A stretch of 63,775 nucleotides of DNA, counting the filler, from Sluysia triapertura (lineage: Eukaryota), in the NCBI GenBank assembly GCA_046118255.1. It is 4 parts of 4 records of this genome, joined end to end, with 100 filler letters (N's around TTAATTAATTAA, not from the genome) between each part and the next. Parts side by side here need not be neighbours in the genome. Positions count along the whole stretch, not along the records: positions 37,936 to 51,087 come from JBJNIA010043905.1; 3 more parts are not named here. One strand, written 5' to 3'. The notes under the pieces are model-generated. The model was not told the origin of the DNA and searched no databases. It saw only the letters and a program-made list of their open reading frames with translations. The first letter of the stretch is position 1. Each line of letters begins with the position of its first letter. Position numbers and translations under genes: made by a program. Below, one piece after another: positions 38,986 to 51,187 of this stretch.

Positions 38986-40884
38986 ATGCAATCGAGAATT
39001 GCAGGAGTTCGGACTGTCTCTGATTACCAATATCGCGATTATGATAACTCCTATAACAATGAACAGTCGAAACCACGATATTATCGAGACTCACTTAAGC
39101 ATTCAGACAATAATATTCTATGCTTCACAAGAAATTACTATCAATATTTGCCTCAACTCGGTGATTCATTAGATCTGTTACAAGAACGTTTCGAAAATGT
39201 GAAAGAGCATGTAGAAATCTTACACTTGATAGATAATCAGGAATCGTATAATTTAACAAGGCCAGAGTTTAAAAATTCATTTTCTGCTGATGGCTTAAAG
39301 AAAGTCAAATCGACTAATAAAGCGAATCTGATTTTCCTCAACTGTTATCAACGCAATGTATTAAATAAATGTTCAGTTTTGTCCCAACTTGAAGATCAAG
39401 TTTGTAGGAAGACACTCGAATTGATGCGATCAGAAAATTTTAATTCTGGCTTAAATGATCCAACTGGTCCCAGAAAACGTAGATTTGTTACTCTTAATGG
39501 TGAAATTGATCATATTCAAGTGAAGTGGATTTATAAAGAACCGGAAAATACAACCTCAGAAACGAATGATCGTGTATTCAAGTTCGTCCACGATAATATA
39601 TTCAATGTAAATCATGTACATAATTTTGAGCAATGTAAACACGATGTTCTTAAGTCGGTGTATGCGATGTATGATGATTTTCTTAAGTCGATGTATATTA
39701 GTGCATTGAAGTTAACATATAACAATCTATCCAAAGTGACGTATGATGATGTTTTTAAGCCGGCGTATATTAGTACTTCCAAATTAGCGTATAACAATCT
39801 ACCCAAGGTGATGTATGATGATATTTTCAAGTCGGTATATTACAACGCTTCCTATGTAAAATGTTTAGTGTACGGTGATGCTTTCGAGTTAACATGCGAT
39901 GACGTGTTCCACGTAAAACTCATATGCAACGATAAGCAAGGCAAAAATGGCGTATCTGGTTTTGAGCACGAAGATGCATTGGATATGAGATATGTAAACG
40001 TACTGACATGTGACAAACAGTGGACAACCGATATCAAGTATTTGGCAATGGCAACCACATCAATCCGAAACTATTGTAATGTAGCCGATAGAATCAATAC
40101 AAGTACTATCAAACAAGGTAACATAATTAATTTTTATTCTAAGATCTTCGAATTTGATATTATTAACTATCCTGAACATGTTACACAATATATTCCTTAT
40201 TATTTTATTTACAGACCTATACGCGACGTGATCGGGTCCACGAAGAACCAGACACAGCTGAGCCGGAGCCCTACCGACATTTTATGTGTGATTAATACTA
40301 ATAATGTACCAATAAATGTTTTTATTCAATATTTTTATTATAAGAATACACCTGCAAATAGGGATAAAGCTTCGATAAACGTCTCTGGTAGACAGTTTCG
40401 TTATGACAATTTAATTTTAGATCATATAATAAATGCAACATTAATAAACTCCTTTTATCCTGATAATAACTATATCGGAAACAACATTAAGTTTTATAGT
40501 AAAATCAGATCAAATAAGATTCATTATAGAATCCACTGTATAATACAGATAGTTAATTCATCTAAGTACTACACGGAGGCTAAAATTGCCAATTACTTAA
40601 AAGTCATTAAAAGCCCAACTAAGAATTCTCTAATCGAAGTAACATTCTCCAGTACTTCGGCCTCTAGTAAGTATATGCAATGTTACGTTTTAACGCAAGG
40701 ACAACCCTTCATAAGTCATCTAACAAATAATCGTTACATTCTAAGACTCACGCAACATCGACATCACCTCTCTCCAGAGCCAGCTAAACACTTAATGTAC
40801 ATCGAAGCTCATAACCTTTTTGATTTAACTAAACAACCAAAACAAAATATTACTATAAATATTACAGTCAGACTAATTAATTAA
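38986..40884 (+). CDS. Orphan intronless 632-aa protein with internal 24-aa repeats; product unknown
   Basis: 1.9-kb uninterrupted ATG-initiated ORF. MYDDFLKSMYISALKLTYNNLSKV / TYDDVFKPAYISTSKLAYNNLPKV / MYDDIFKSVY repeats lie at about 39668-39843. Confidence 0.75.
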   Translation: MQSRIAGVRTVSDYQYRDYDNSYNNEQSKPRYYRDSLKHSDNNILCFTRNYYQYLPQLGDSLDLLQERFENVKEHVEILHLIDNQESYNLTRPEFKNSFSADGLKKVKSTNKANLIFLNCYQRNVLNKCSVLSQLEDQVCRKTLELMRSENFNSGLNDPTGPRKRRFVTLNGEIDHIQVKWIYKEPENTTSETNDRVFKFVHDNIFNVNHVHNFEQCKHDVLKSVYAMYDDFLKSMYISALKLTYNNLSKVTYDDVFKPAYISTSKLAYNNLPKVMYDDIFKSVYYNASYVKCLVYGDAFELTCDDVFHVKLICNDKQGKNGVSGFEHEDALDMRYVNVLTCDKQWTTDIKYLAMATTSIRNYCNVADRINTSTIKQGNIINFYSKIFEFDIINYPEHVTQYIPYYFIYRPIRDVIGSTKNQTQLSRSPTDILCVINTNNVPINVFIQYFYYKNTPANRDKASINVSGRQFRYDNLILDHIINATLINSFYPDNNYIGNNIKFYSKIRSNKIHYRIHCIIQIVNSSKYYTEAKIANYLKVIKSPTKNSLIEVTFSSTSASSKYMQCYVLTQGQPFISHLTNNRYILRLTQHRHHLSPEPAKHLMYIEAHNLFDLTKQPKQNITINITVRLIN

Positions 40885-41292
40885 GTTAATTATAAATATT
40901 AGTAGATAAAAATATCCAAAATTTCAGAAAAACTAAAAAGTTTATGAACTGCATTGTACACTTTGATTTATATGTTTAATACTATAAGCTCATTTAACTA
41001 TTTTTAATGGCTAGAGATACTGCCTAAAATCAATTTATCAACAACTGAAAAATCAAAATAATAATACTACTTAAATATTTTAGGATAACTTAATAACAAT
41101 AACTTGGGCAGGGATCCTCCCAAAAATTTATTTATCAATATTCCAACAAAATATAGTAATTAAAAAAAATCAACTGAAAATTCTTAAAAATTAATGAAAC
41201 TAGACATGTAAATCATTTTAGACATAATTTAGAACAAATCAATGTCCTAAAACATAAATTATATAAGATCACTCATTATTCTTTGTTCATAT

Positions 41293-41450
41293 TGTTAGAC
41301 TTCGTAAAATGGACTGACCAGGGATCGAACCCGTGACCATCACTGCGCATTTCAATTGCTCTACCACTGAGCTATAAGCCTAGTCTAACAATTTTATTTT
41401 TATTATATTCAATTATACCAAGTGGCACCTTAGGCCTTATTACTCCAACA
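41293..41450. mobile_element. 158-bp TG...CA element with an internal tRNA-like cassette (minus strand); TSD ATAT
   Basis: ATAT|TGTTAGAC...CTCCAACA|ATAT. The minus strand contains TAGCTCAGTGGTAGAGC (A box) and GGTTCGATCC (B box). Confidence 0.88.
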
Positions 41451-42378
41451 ATATTTAAAAAATGAAAGGAAATTTATTCATAAGTATACCATCCTTTTGA
41501 TATATTTAATCCAATAATTTGTGAGTATGGAACTTCCTTTAAAAGATCCAAAAAGAGAATAACTCATTTACTATAGGTCAACCCTAAAGTTAATTATTTT
41601 TTTAAGTAGTTTATTTAAATTTCTTAATTAGATTGTCAGGTCAAAAAAAGTTGAATTATTATTCAAGTTTATTAAAATAATTTGTTTCACTTTTCTAATT
41701 TTTTAAATTTAATTATGTTGAGGACAAAGTAATTATATTAATAAATCATTTTAATAAAATATTTAAATTATTTCATTTGAAATTTTTAAAATGTGTGTTT
41801 TTCACTATCAAAGTTGTTTTGAACCTTGAAAATACGATTTAAGTAGAAATTTATAAATTATATATGAAGTTATTATTCAATCTTTATTTTTGAGTCTATA
41901 TTTAACAAGCATACTTATAAATTATGTTAATTATTATAGTGACATTAACAATGTATAACAAAATATAAGTCTTATAACATATTTTTCTAACTACAGATAA
42001 ATATCCAACTTCTAGCAGAAATTTAAGTTAAACAAAAACAATCTTTTATATTATAAACGGATTCCATAGTGATATTAAACGTACTGTCACTGTACAAATT
42101 TAATAACTGTTATTACTGTTCAAACATTGTTTAAAATCACTGTATATTAAAATTATTGATAATACAATCTCAATTATAAATAAAATAAAATTGTACATAT
42201 ATAAGCATTACTTTAAGCTTAATTATTTTTAATTTAACTTTAGTTAATTAATTATTATGTGTTCATCTTTTTTATAAACTATTTATTGAAATTAATTGAG
42301 AGTCTACACTATTGTCATAATTATTTTTTAATTTTAAAGTTTGTATATCACATTTGAAAGTGTATAACGTATTATTTA

Positions 42379-44943
42379 ATGACATATATAGCTGCAAATC
42401 GTAAACAACCGATTTTTACGACACTAGAATTTTATCGTACGAAACAAACAATTGATAGTTTTGAATTTAAATATCCAAAATCATTACTGGGAGTACGTGA
42501 AGCGGTTCATGAGGCATTAAATGATATTGATAATTTAGTAAATCAATTAATATGGAAATATTTAAATGGTTATGATGATATTGAAACTTTTATTCGATCT
42601 AAAATTATTAATATTTCACATTTACTTACAGAAACGCATGTATCAGGTTAATTTTTTAATTTGTTGCAATTTTCATTTTGTTAATTTTAACATAAGTTAA
42701 ATTATATCAAAATAATCGATTGTAATGAATCACATATTACGAGCATAAACCATGTTCGATTTCCATTTCTTGAAATTTCAAATCGATTGACAGCAAATTA
42801 GATAAAATGGTTCCTTCTAAGTAATAGAATAAATCGTATTTCTACAATAAATATGGTTTAATTTGGAATTAATATGTTATTGAAGCATACTGACTAAGGC
42901 TTTACTAAATTGTAACTGTGGCAAGTGATAACCTTGTAAAATAATAAATATTGAATATATTAACTGCTTTTATTAGTACTTGGTTATGATCCTAACACAT
43001 TAATTGATCTTATTTTAATTGGACTATGATATTAGCATAAGTTTTAATTACATATATCTGACAAATGTTAATGTTTTAAAGTAATTTTAACTGTGATTCA
43101 TTTCATGTGGTTAAATGTCTACGCAATTGTATGCTCTCATTCTATTTTATAGCTAAATTATCTCAGATAACTTCATCTATTATTAATGGTTTCGTAAAGG
43201 TGCTAATAATTTATTAATCTAAGAACATCTTATTTAATTGGAATTAGAAATAATTTGACATTTTCAGTTTTCTTTGGATCGGGAAATACCACATTTATTC
43301 TTTTTCCTATTTGTTTTGATTTGTCTTATTTCTAGTTTTGTATTTTAAAAACTAATAAAAATTCCAAATGATTTTTTAATGTATCGTCTATGTAAACCGT
43401 GTATGTTGCCAGTAGATAAAAATGTCTGTATTAAATTAGCCCATACCATGGGCAGATGGTGTGGGAAGTATTGGTTATATTGTATTGAATTGATTAGATT
43501 GTCTAATTGTCTAATGACGATTTTGGTATGCTATTCGAATTTAGTACTCCAACCAATTTTGGTACGCCAGACGATTAAAGTAAAGAAAATGATACAAGGT
43601 CACATTGTAGGTGATATTAGTCATTTATTATTTAATCAATTGAAGCCAAAACATTTTGTGAAAATTAGTTATTTTTTTGTAAATGGTAAATGCAGAATTA
43701 TGAGGTATAAGAAACCAATAGAATATATTTCATATCCAATCAGAATCCAAACAGTTACATTGAAAATGGACGAATCAATTAATTAATTTATAAAAGCTAT
43801 AAACTAAGTTTGGTAACCGATATGTGTTTGAATCTAGTTTGGCGCGTCAATGTTTTTGTTCGTGGTAAAGTTGTGCTTAGTATTAAAAACTTGGTAGAAA
43901 AATGATTTGGTGTCTCATTTATAATTGGGTGATTTCAAGTGAAAATATTAAGATATAAATTAGTATGTTTAGAAAATCATTTTATTACTTTTAATAAATT
44001 ATTATGAATCAAAATTCGACTGAAATGAAGAGATCACAGAATACCGATGATGGCCGACAAATTATCCGGAAAATGCCGTTTAAGATTTGATTCTTAAAAT
44101 GCAATCATAGGTTTTGCGATTAGATTAGTATTATTTAGAGATGGTGATTTCTTAAACAGTGTAGTCATCGCCACAAGATTTGGTATATATTTTTGTGCTG
44201 CGCCCACTTCACAAGTCCAAATTTTTTCGCGAACCCTAGAGATTAAAATAAAAATTGTAAAGTAAATTTTTTTAATAAATAATAACTTAAATACATTATA
44301 TAAGTATGGTTGGTTGATAGCAGATCATAACAGTGATGCACAGATTCATTTTTCTGATTAACTGACTTGTAATTGTTTAGGTGTTTATCGAAAACATGAC
44401 TTCGAAAACATTTGTGATTTGGCTAGTACTTCGAATATGGAACATGTGAAACAAGTCAAGTCATTGGCTGCCGAGATCGGTTTTTATTGTCCCAATGAAT
44501 TTATTCCAATAGTCGATCGATTTGAAAAATTATTAAAGTGTATGGAAAAATATTTGCTAAGTTTTTATACCCATTCATTGTTAGAGTCCATCAATAAGCA
44601 TTTAGAGTCAGCATTGATTTATGAGGTACAACGTAAAGAAACGGTGAATACAATTAAAGTAATAATTTTTAATAAAAGAAAATATTTTCTAGAACAAATT
44701 AAAATATATATTTCAACTGGGTAATATGTACAATAATCAAGAAATTAAAATGGAACACTTATCTGATGCTAGTCATCGATTGGCCAATCGTGTAAAGTGT
44801 TTCAATATAACACCTTTATTGTTGTTTCCAGAAAATTGTTCCATTATTACCGAATGTAAAAATTTGCTTGAAAAATGGATGAAACTAGATCGAGAATATC
44901 CAGAGAATATTCGAACTGATATCGAAGAAGTATTCAAAGAACG
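42379..44943 (+). CDS. Multi-exon coding or pseudo-coding region of unknown product (exons about 42379-42647, 44381-44658, 44693-44943)
   Basis: Protein-like ORFs separated by short GT...AG introns (for example 44659-44692). Some intervening segments contain stops, so the gene model is uncertain. Confidence 0.45.
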
Positions 44944-47221
44944 GGTTATATATGTTATATAAAATAATTTGAAATCCCATTAATTAATAATATTAAATGT
45001 ATTTATACTATCCAATAACATTTGGGGTTTCTGAACCCTAATATAATTGAGTAAAAATGACACTAAATCATATTCGTCGAAATGTTACAAGTCAAATCAA
45101 TATAATATTCACAATAATGATGGATATTTTGAGTAAAATAATTACGCAGTATTTTTTTTCTTTTATATAAATAATAATTTACAATCAATAAAATTATAAT
45201 TTTACCTATTGATAATTTATCAGTAGTTAATTGTTTGCAAAATATTGTTGATAATTAAATAAGAATAATAAAAGATAATTTACACGAATATGGAAATAGA
45301 TTCGTAAAAGATATTTATATATTCAATTATAAGAACTTCGTAAGTATGAGAAGAATAAGAAATAAGCATAAATAAACTAGTATTTATAAAATATTTATAA
45401 AAGTTATGATTACTATGAAAAAATAGTAAAATAGAATTTATACTGTACCTGATGTAAATTGATTATTACAGAAGAGATTGGCCAAATACGTAGAATAAAA
45501 CTGAAAAATGTATTTTATTATAGAGTAAAATATGAATTAAATAATGAAATAAATTGATTATGAAGAAATTATAATTTTGAGTCAAGATATAGCACTCAAA
45601 AAAGAGATGGATCCAAGTAAATTAGTGATTTGACAGTATACTTGGACAACAAGTATGTTATCATAAATTTGAAATAAAATCATTTTAAAATTAAATAATT
45701 TAAAAATTAATTCAAGCATCTGAAATATTTGGTATCATACTATTATACTAATTTTCTGATGCTGTAAATTTTGGTAATGATTTAGAGTAGTATATTGATG
45801 TTGATGTCATGATGTAAAGGAAGTTAAGTCGAGTGGATTTTATTAAATTTGAAACAGTCTCATTTATGTTACATAAAATTTTCGTAAGAATGATAATGTT
45901 ATTGTGCATTATGAAATTAATGGTAATGTTCTTTATTCTTATAATATACTCGTTAAAATATTCTTGATATGAATTAAAATAAAATTATATAGTTTCATAA
46001 CATTGAATTTTGTTCATCAATCATTTCTTTATCAACTGAATTTAATTTAAGTTTTATAACTTTCATAATAGTTGTTAGTTTTAAAAATAAGAAGAACTCT
46101 ATATTACCTATTAGATCATTATACAAGTTATCACTTAATAATTTTAGTTAATAAATCAGTTTCGAATATCAGTTAAGATTTATTTCAATCTCAAAACCGA
46201 ATAATGAAAATTGGAGACAGCTTATTTCAACTCCTATTCCAAAAAACTTAAATAATGTGGAGCTTAAAATTATTTTCCATTTTTAATTCTTAGTAAAATT
46301 ATCTTTGATTAATCCTGGGTGCACAATCAGAAATTTGACATTAATGCGATCTTGACCTACTTTAGAAAAACAAAAAAAATAAAGAACTTGATCAATTATA
46401 ATACAATAATAATGTTTTTAATAAAAAATAACACACAATTTTAATTGCATTATGAGAATTATTCGTAACGCTACATAATTTTCCACAGAATAATGATGAA
46501 TTGTAAGATGACTCATTATATTAAATAGAAATCACATATTGTTTGTTGTAAATATCAAATTCCAAAGGAGTTTTTTTCTTCATCTTCATCGGTATTTTCT
46601 TTTTTATAAACCTCAGGTAACTTTTATTGTTCTTTCATTATTTTACTCACTTTTATACACTTTTAATTCTTCAGTGAACACTAAACCGTCACTTAATGAA
46701 TCAATATGCTTAAACAACTGATTTAAATCATTGTTAATTGCAAGAAAAGGCACACTTGGAGTATTGTGATATCAATTTGTTCACTGTCAAACAAGTAACA
46801 AAGTGATTTCCATTTTTGTAGACATTTTGATTTAGAATTCGTTTTTGACTAAGAAGAAAAGGTGGTTGTAGTATTTAACTAAATAATCATCAATTGTTAT
46901 TTAAATTTTGTATAAATTTTGATATTTAAATGACTTATTTCAATTAATTCTTCAAGTTGTCTTGTTATTCTTACAACAATAGATCTTTTCTGACTCGTAT
47001 TCTTCGTCCAGCGAAATGATAATAATGAATCAATAATAAGTTTTCTGAATAACTTCGTATCATTAAGACATTATCATCAACAGAGCATTTAGTGTAACAA
47101 AATTTCTCTAAATTGTCACTTTCTGTCATTATTTTTATCTACAGATTTTACAATTAGGAAATATAAAATTTTTAAAACTGTTCTTTTTTGTGACATAAGA
47201 AATCAGGTAATTTTGAACTAA

Positions 47222-47381
47222 TGCTAGACTTCGTAAAATGGACTGACCGGGGATCGAACCCGGGACCTCTAGCTGCGTAGTTCGATTGCTCTACCACTGA
47301 GCTATCAGCCCCGTCTAACAATTTCATTTTTATTAGATTCAATTTTACCAAATGGCACTTTTAGGCCTTTTACCCCAAACA
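47222..47381. mobile_element. 160-bp TG...CA element with a tRNA-Ala-derived cassette; TSD CTAA
   Basis: CTAA|TGCTAGAC...CCCAAACA|CTAA. The minus strand reads GGGCTGA-TA-GCTCAGTGGTAGAGC-...-AGGTC-CCGGGTTCGATCCCCGG-TCAGTCC-A-TTTT. Confidence 0.9.
47238..47311 (-). ncRNA. tRNA-Ala-like pseudo-tRNA or Pol III unit with an unpaired anticodon arm
   Basis: Acceptor stem 7/7 including G3:U70, D stem 4/4, T stem 5/5, A73 and a T4 terminator. The anticodon-arm strands (ATCGA/AGCTA) do not pair and the segment is 1 nt too long. Confidence 0.65.
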
Positions 47382-50000
47382 CTAATATTAATAAAGTTTG
47401 CTCCAATGAAATATGAATTCATTGAAATTACGAGACCTAGATTTGGCCATTTAATGCATTATTATTATTGTGTTTAGTGGAAATGTTCTTTCTAATAATT
47501 ATTTTATATCTAGTGTTTCTGAGTACTTAACTAAGTTAGAAGTTATACAGTTATGATAGTTTAAGATGCGTCAAGCCAAAAACTGCATGAAATATGAAAT
47601 GCCTATTGAACTCTAACTTGTGATTATCTAATACAAACATTGTACTTGAATGGTTTGAAACAAAATATTTTAATGAATAACGTTGTAAATTAAAATATAC
47701 AAAGGACTGTTTGATGATCTAAGAATGTGTGATTACAATTCAAGGTTTTGTTAAATATTTTATGAGTTGTTCGGTGATGATATAATAAAATGATGCATTA
47801 TGAATTTTAATTCACAATTACACGAACTGTGTTACAATGACCTCCTTATCCAATTGAACTTAATGGATTATGCCGTTTTAAATACAAGCAATGTCTATGT
47901 TATATCAACAATGACATAAATAAATAAATCTGCTGAATTATCCGGATTAGCGCGGTCGTGTAGAAGTTGCATTTTCGAGTGCTAATCAAACGTATTTATT
48001 GTCAGTGTTTCGTTTATGGATTCATATAAAGTTGGAGAAATACTCTCGAAGATGCGGTTAAAAGTAACTTTTTTTTGGGATGAGGTCATCGAATAATTAG
48101 TGCGGCATTCATGTGTCGGTTCATAGAACTATTTGGGCTGGAAAGTATCTTGACTTTTTTCCATTCGAGTAGTATTAGGACTAAGGTGCTCAAACATCCA
48201 TTTGATTTGTTAGTGATATGTGCTAGCTTGATATCTGGAACTTCTATGTTTTATTAAATCATTAAATAGCCCGCACTCTTGGTCCGTTATTATTCATTTT
48301 GGTGCTTTACTAGGATATGTATGTTTGGATTAGCTAAAGATAAGAAGAAATATAAAGATTATGACTCATGATAATAGAAGAAAATAAACATCATTGAAGA
48401 ATTTAATTAATTTAATTAAAATTTGTTTAATTTGTTTAATGAAAAATGATCAAATAATATTAGACGAGTTTTTTAATGATGAAGTTTTGCGAAGCACATC
48501 GACGCAGATAACGTCAAAATTAGTTATTTTAATTAGTTTTTATAATTTACAATTAAAGTTAAATTATGTTTACGCATAAGTAATATATCTATATTAAATT
48601 GATGCGCATGAAGATACCAATTCAAATATGTTACTGAAGTCGACTTATGACGTACGGCTGACTCACACGCATTATATAAAAGATTTCTATGGAAAATAAA
48701 TTTAGTGTTTCACTGATTTTATCCTTAATTTAAGTTAATAAATTGTGTTAATGACAGAATATCCATGTAATAACGATGTTACATTTTGATTTAATTATGT
48801 TGAAAAAATAAAGGGATTTCATTATCTTTGGTAATTATAAAAGATAATGAAATTGGATTTAGGGGAAATTACTGTTAAAATGTAATCATTAAAATTGGTC
48901 GTCTTATAACCGACCAAAAAGAATAGATGATTAAATGAATAATTATTTCCAATTTCCAATCTCCTAAATGATTGTCAAACTGCTAAATAAACAGTCATAT
49001 TAAGAGGCAAAAGCGAAACTAGAGAGAGAACATAAAATTAAAAGATTTTCTTTTAAGCTACAAGATCGCTACTTCAGTTCATTTGTGGAAAACAGTGAAA
49101 TTGAGGCTTATTCTTTAGCAATTGATTACAAATACATAGTATTGGGAATTCATCAAGATAAGTAACTTGTGTTATTTTTAATTATTATTAATACAGGCGT
49201 CAACATTTATTAATTTAAGTTATGTCGCTAAGCTCTCAAATTCTCACTGATTTTTAAATGATCATATTAAATTAATTAACAAATGTACTTTTAAAATTTT
49301 TCAAGTTCTTCTTCCATCTTATTTTATTATTATTTAAACAGGCCAGGAAGAATAAATTATTCAAATGTCGAATTAATATAACCAACTCTGCTTTGTTATC
49401 AGATAATTTTATTAAAATGGAAATTAAAAAATAAATACCAACAAGTACAAATTAAAACAAACCAACAAATAATTAGAAAGTAAATGAATACGCTTGTAAG
49501 ATCACGCATTGGATAGATGGTTCTTTATTTTGTTAGTCTTTTTTAGTCTTAGATTCGATTTATTTTATGTTAATCGAGGAAATTATATTAGAAGTGTCAG
49601 TAGTAATTTTAATTACAAATTAAGCAATCGATTTTTTCAAAAATTATGAAAAAGTGGCTTTGCTTTTTGAAAAACATTTGATCAGTGTTGTTGAAAATTC
49701 TTTCTGAATTGAATTTGTATGCTTTGAATAAGGTTTTTCTTTTAAATGGAAGTAACAACTATCATTTGAAAAAAAGATCATTTACAAAGATTTGGTAAGC
49801 TTCTAATTTCTATAAACTTTGATTTTGGGCTTTATAAATGTGTACAAGACATCATCAATTCAGACTAAAATGATTACTAGTTAAGTTTCAATAAAGAATA
49901 TATAATTTTATATATTTTGGATTTGGTGTATTTTGATAATTTTTCAAAAATATTAATTTTTAAAGAAATCTGACACTTATTTCTGGACAAAGAGAGTAGA

Positions 50001-50126
50001 TGTTAGACTTCAATAAACGGATTGACCGAAATTCGAAACCAGTCGTGCAGTTCGATGCTCTAATTTTTATTATAGTCAATTTTATTATAGTCAATTATAC
50101 TATTATTATTCTAAATGGCACTTTAG
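50001..50126. mobile_element. Degraded fourth copy of the tRNA-bearing element
   Basis: TGTTAGACTTCAATAAACGGATTGACCGAAATTCGAAACC...GTGCAGTTCGATGCTCTA...AAATGGCACTTTAG. The right end is not resolved. Confidence 0.7.
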
Positions 50127-50318
50127 TTTTATTAACTTTGCGGTCTACTGATTTTATTAGAACGCTAGTTAAATAAGTCAATTTGAATAAATCGAAAATA
50201 AACACAATTGTAATGAATGAAATATGTTCAGTAGTACTGAATAGTGGACCACAAAAGGTTATTTTATCAAAAATAAAGTTGAATATCAAAATATTTGTTT
50301 TTTTTCTATTCATTTCAG

Positions 50319-50648
50319 AACGAATTACAAACGCTAAAACTTATAGAATTCGAAAATTACATCCATAATAAACATCAGTGTGAGCTGTTGGAACAAAAAT
50401 ATCGTTGCAAGAAAGCTAAAGAAGAAATGATGAATAAGCGATGCTCTGATACCCAAGATGAACATACTAGAGTAACTGTAGATATAAGTCAACTAAATTC
50501 ATCCATTCAAGTGATCGATATTCAAATACAAGTGGTGCAAGAACACATAGACAAGTTTGGAAATGAAACAGAGTTCACCAATCAGATGCGCAATTATCTT
50601 TCGCGAAAAAAAGCTATCCAAGAACGTATCAAAACGTTGCAAATTAAG
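50319..50648 (+). CDS. Coiled-coil exon of an unknown gene, possibly the same gene as 42379-44943
   Basis: TTTCAG acceptor at 50313-50318, a 110-codon heptad-like frame (NELQTLKL...IQERIKTLQIK), and a GT at 50649. Confidence 0.55.
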
Positions 50649-51087
50649 GTTAAAATAGTATCTATAAAATTAATGGGTTGGTGCATAAGTTCGTGTGGTT
50701 TTTCAGAATTATGAAAAAATGCATACCTGATTAAGAATAAAAAACCATGCAAAAAATTTCAGATAACAAAATGAATTTATTAAATCATTAGAAAAAAACA
50801 GATATCTCAGTTTCTCAATTGATGAGATATTCTCCACCACCGTTCTGGCAGGTTTGTCAATCCCACATTTTATTGCTTCTTCTTTTTAAAATGTGAGACC
50901 AGAAAGATGGTTCGACATGGAGCGGAAAAGATGACAATCTGTTGGGGCTAAGTCGGGCGAATATGGGGGATGGGGAAGAACTTCCTAGCCAAGCTATTCA
51001 ATTTTGTCATTGTGGCCGAGCATTGTCACGCTGTAAAATTTTGCGCTTCTTATTAAAACTCAGTTTTCTCTACTACAAATATAACCG

Positions 51088-51187
51088 NNNNNNNNNNNNN
51101 NNNNNNNNNNNNNNNNNNNNNNNNNNNNNNNTTAATTAATTAANNNNNNNNNNNNNNNNNNNNNNNNNNNNNNNNNNNNNNNNNNNN
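51088..51187. other. Assembly spacer
   Basis: N44-TTAATTAATTAA-N44. Confidence 0.98.

Noticed and set aside
47238-47311. Functional tRNA gene
   Set aside because: The anticodon stem cannot pair, copies differ there, and it is embedded in a TSD-flanked repeat.
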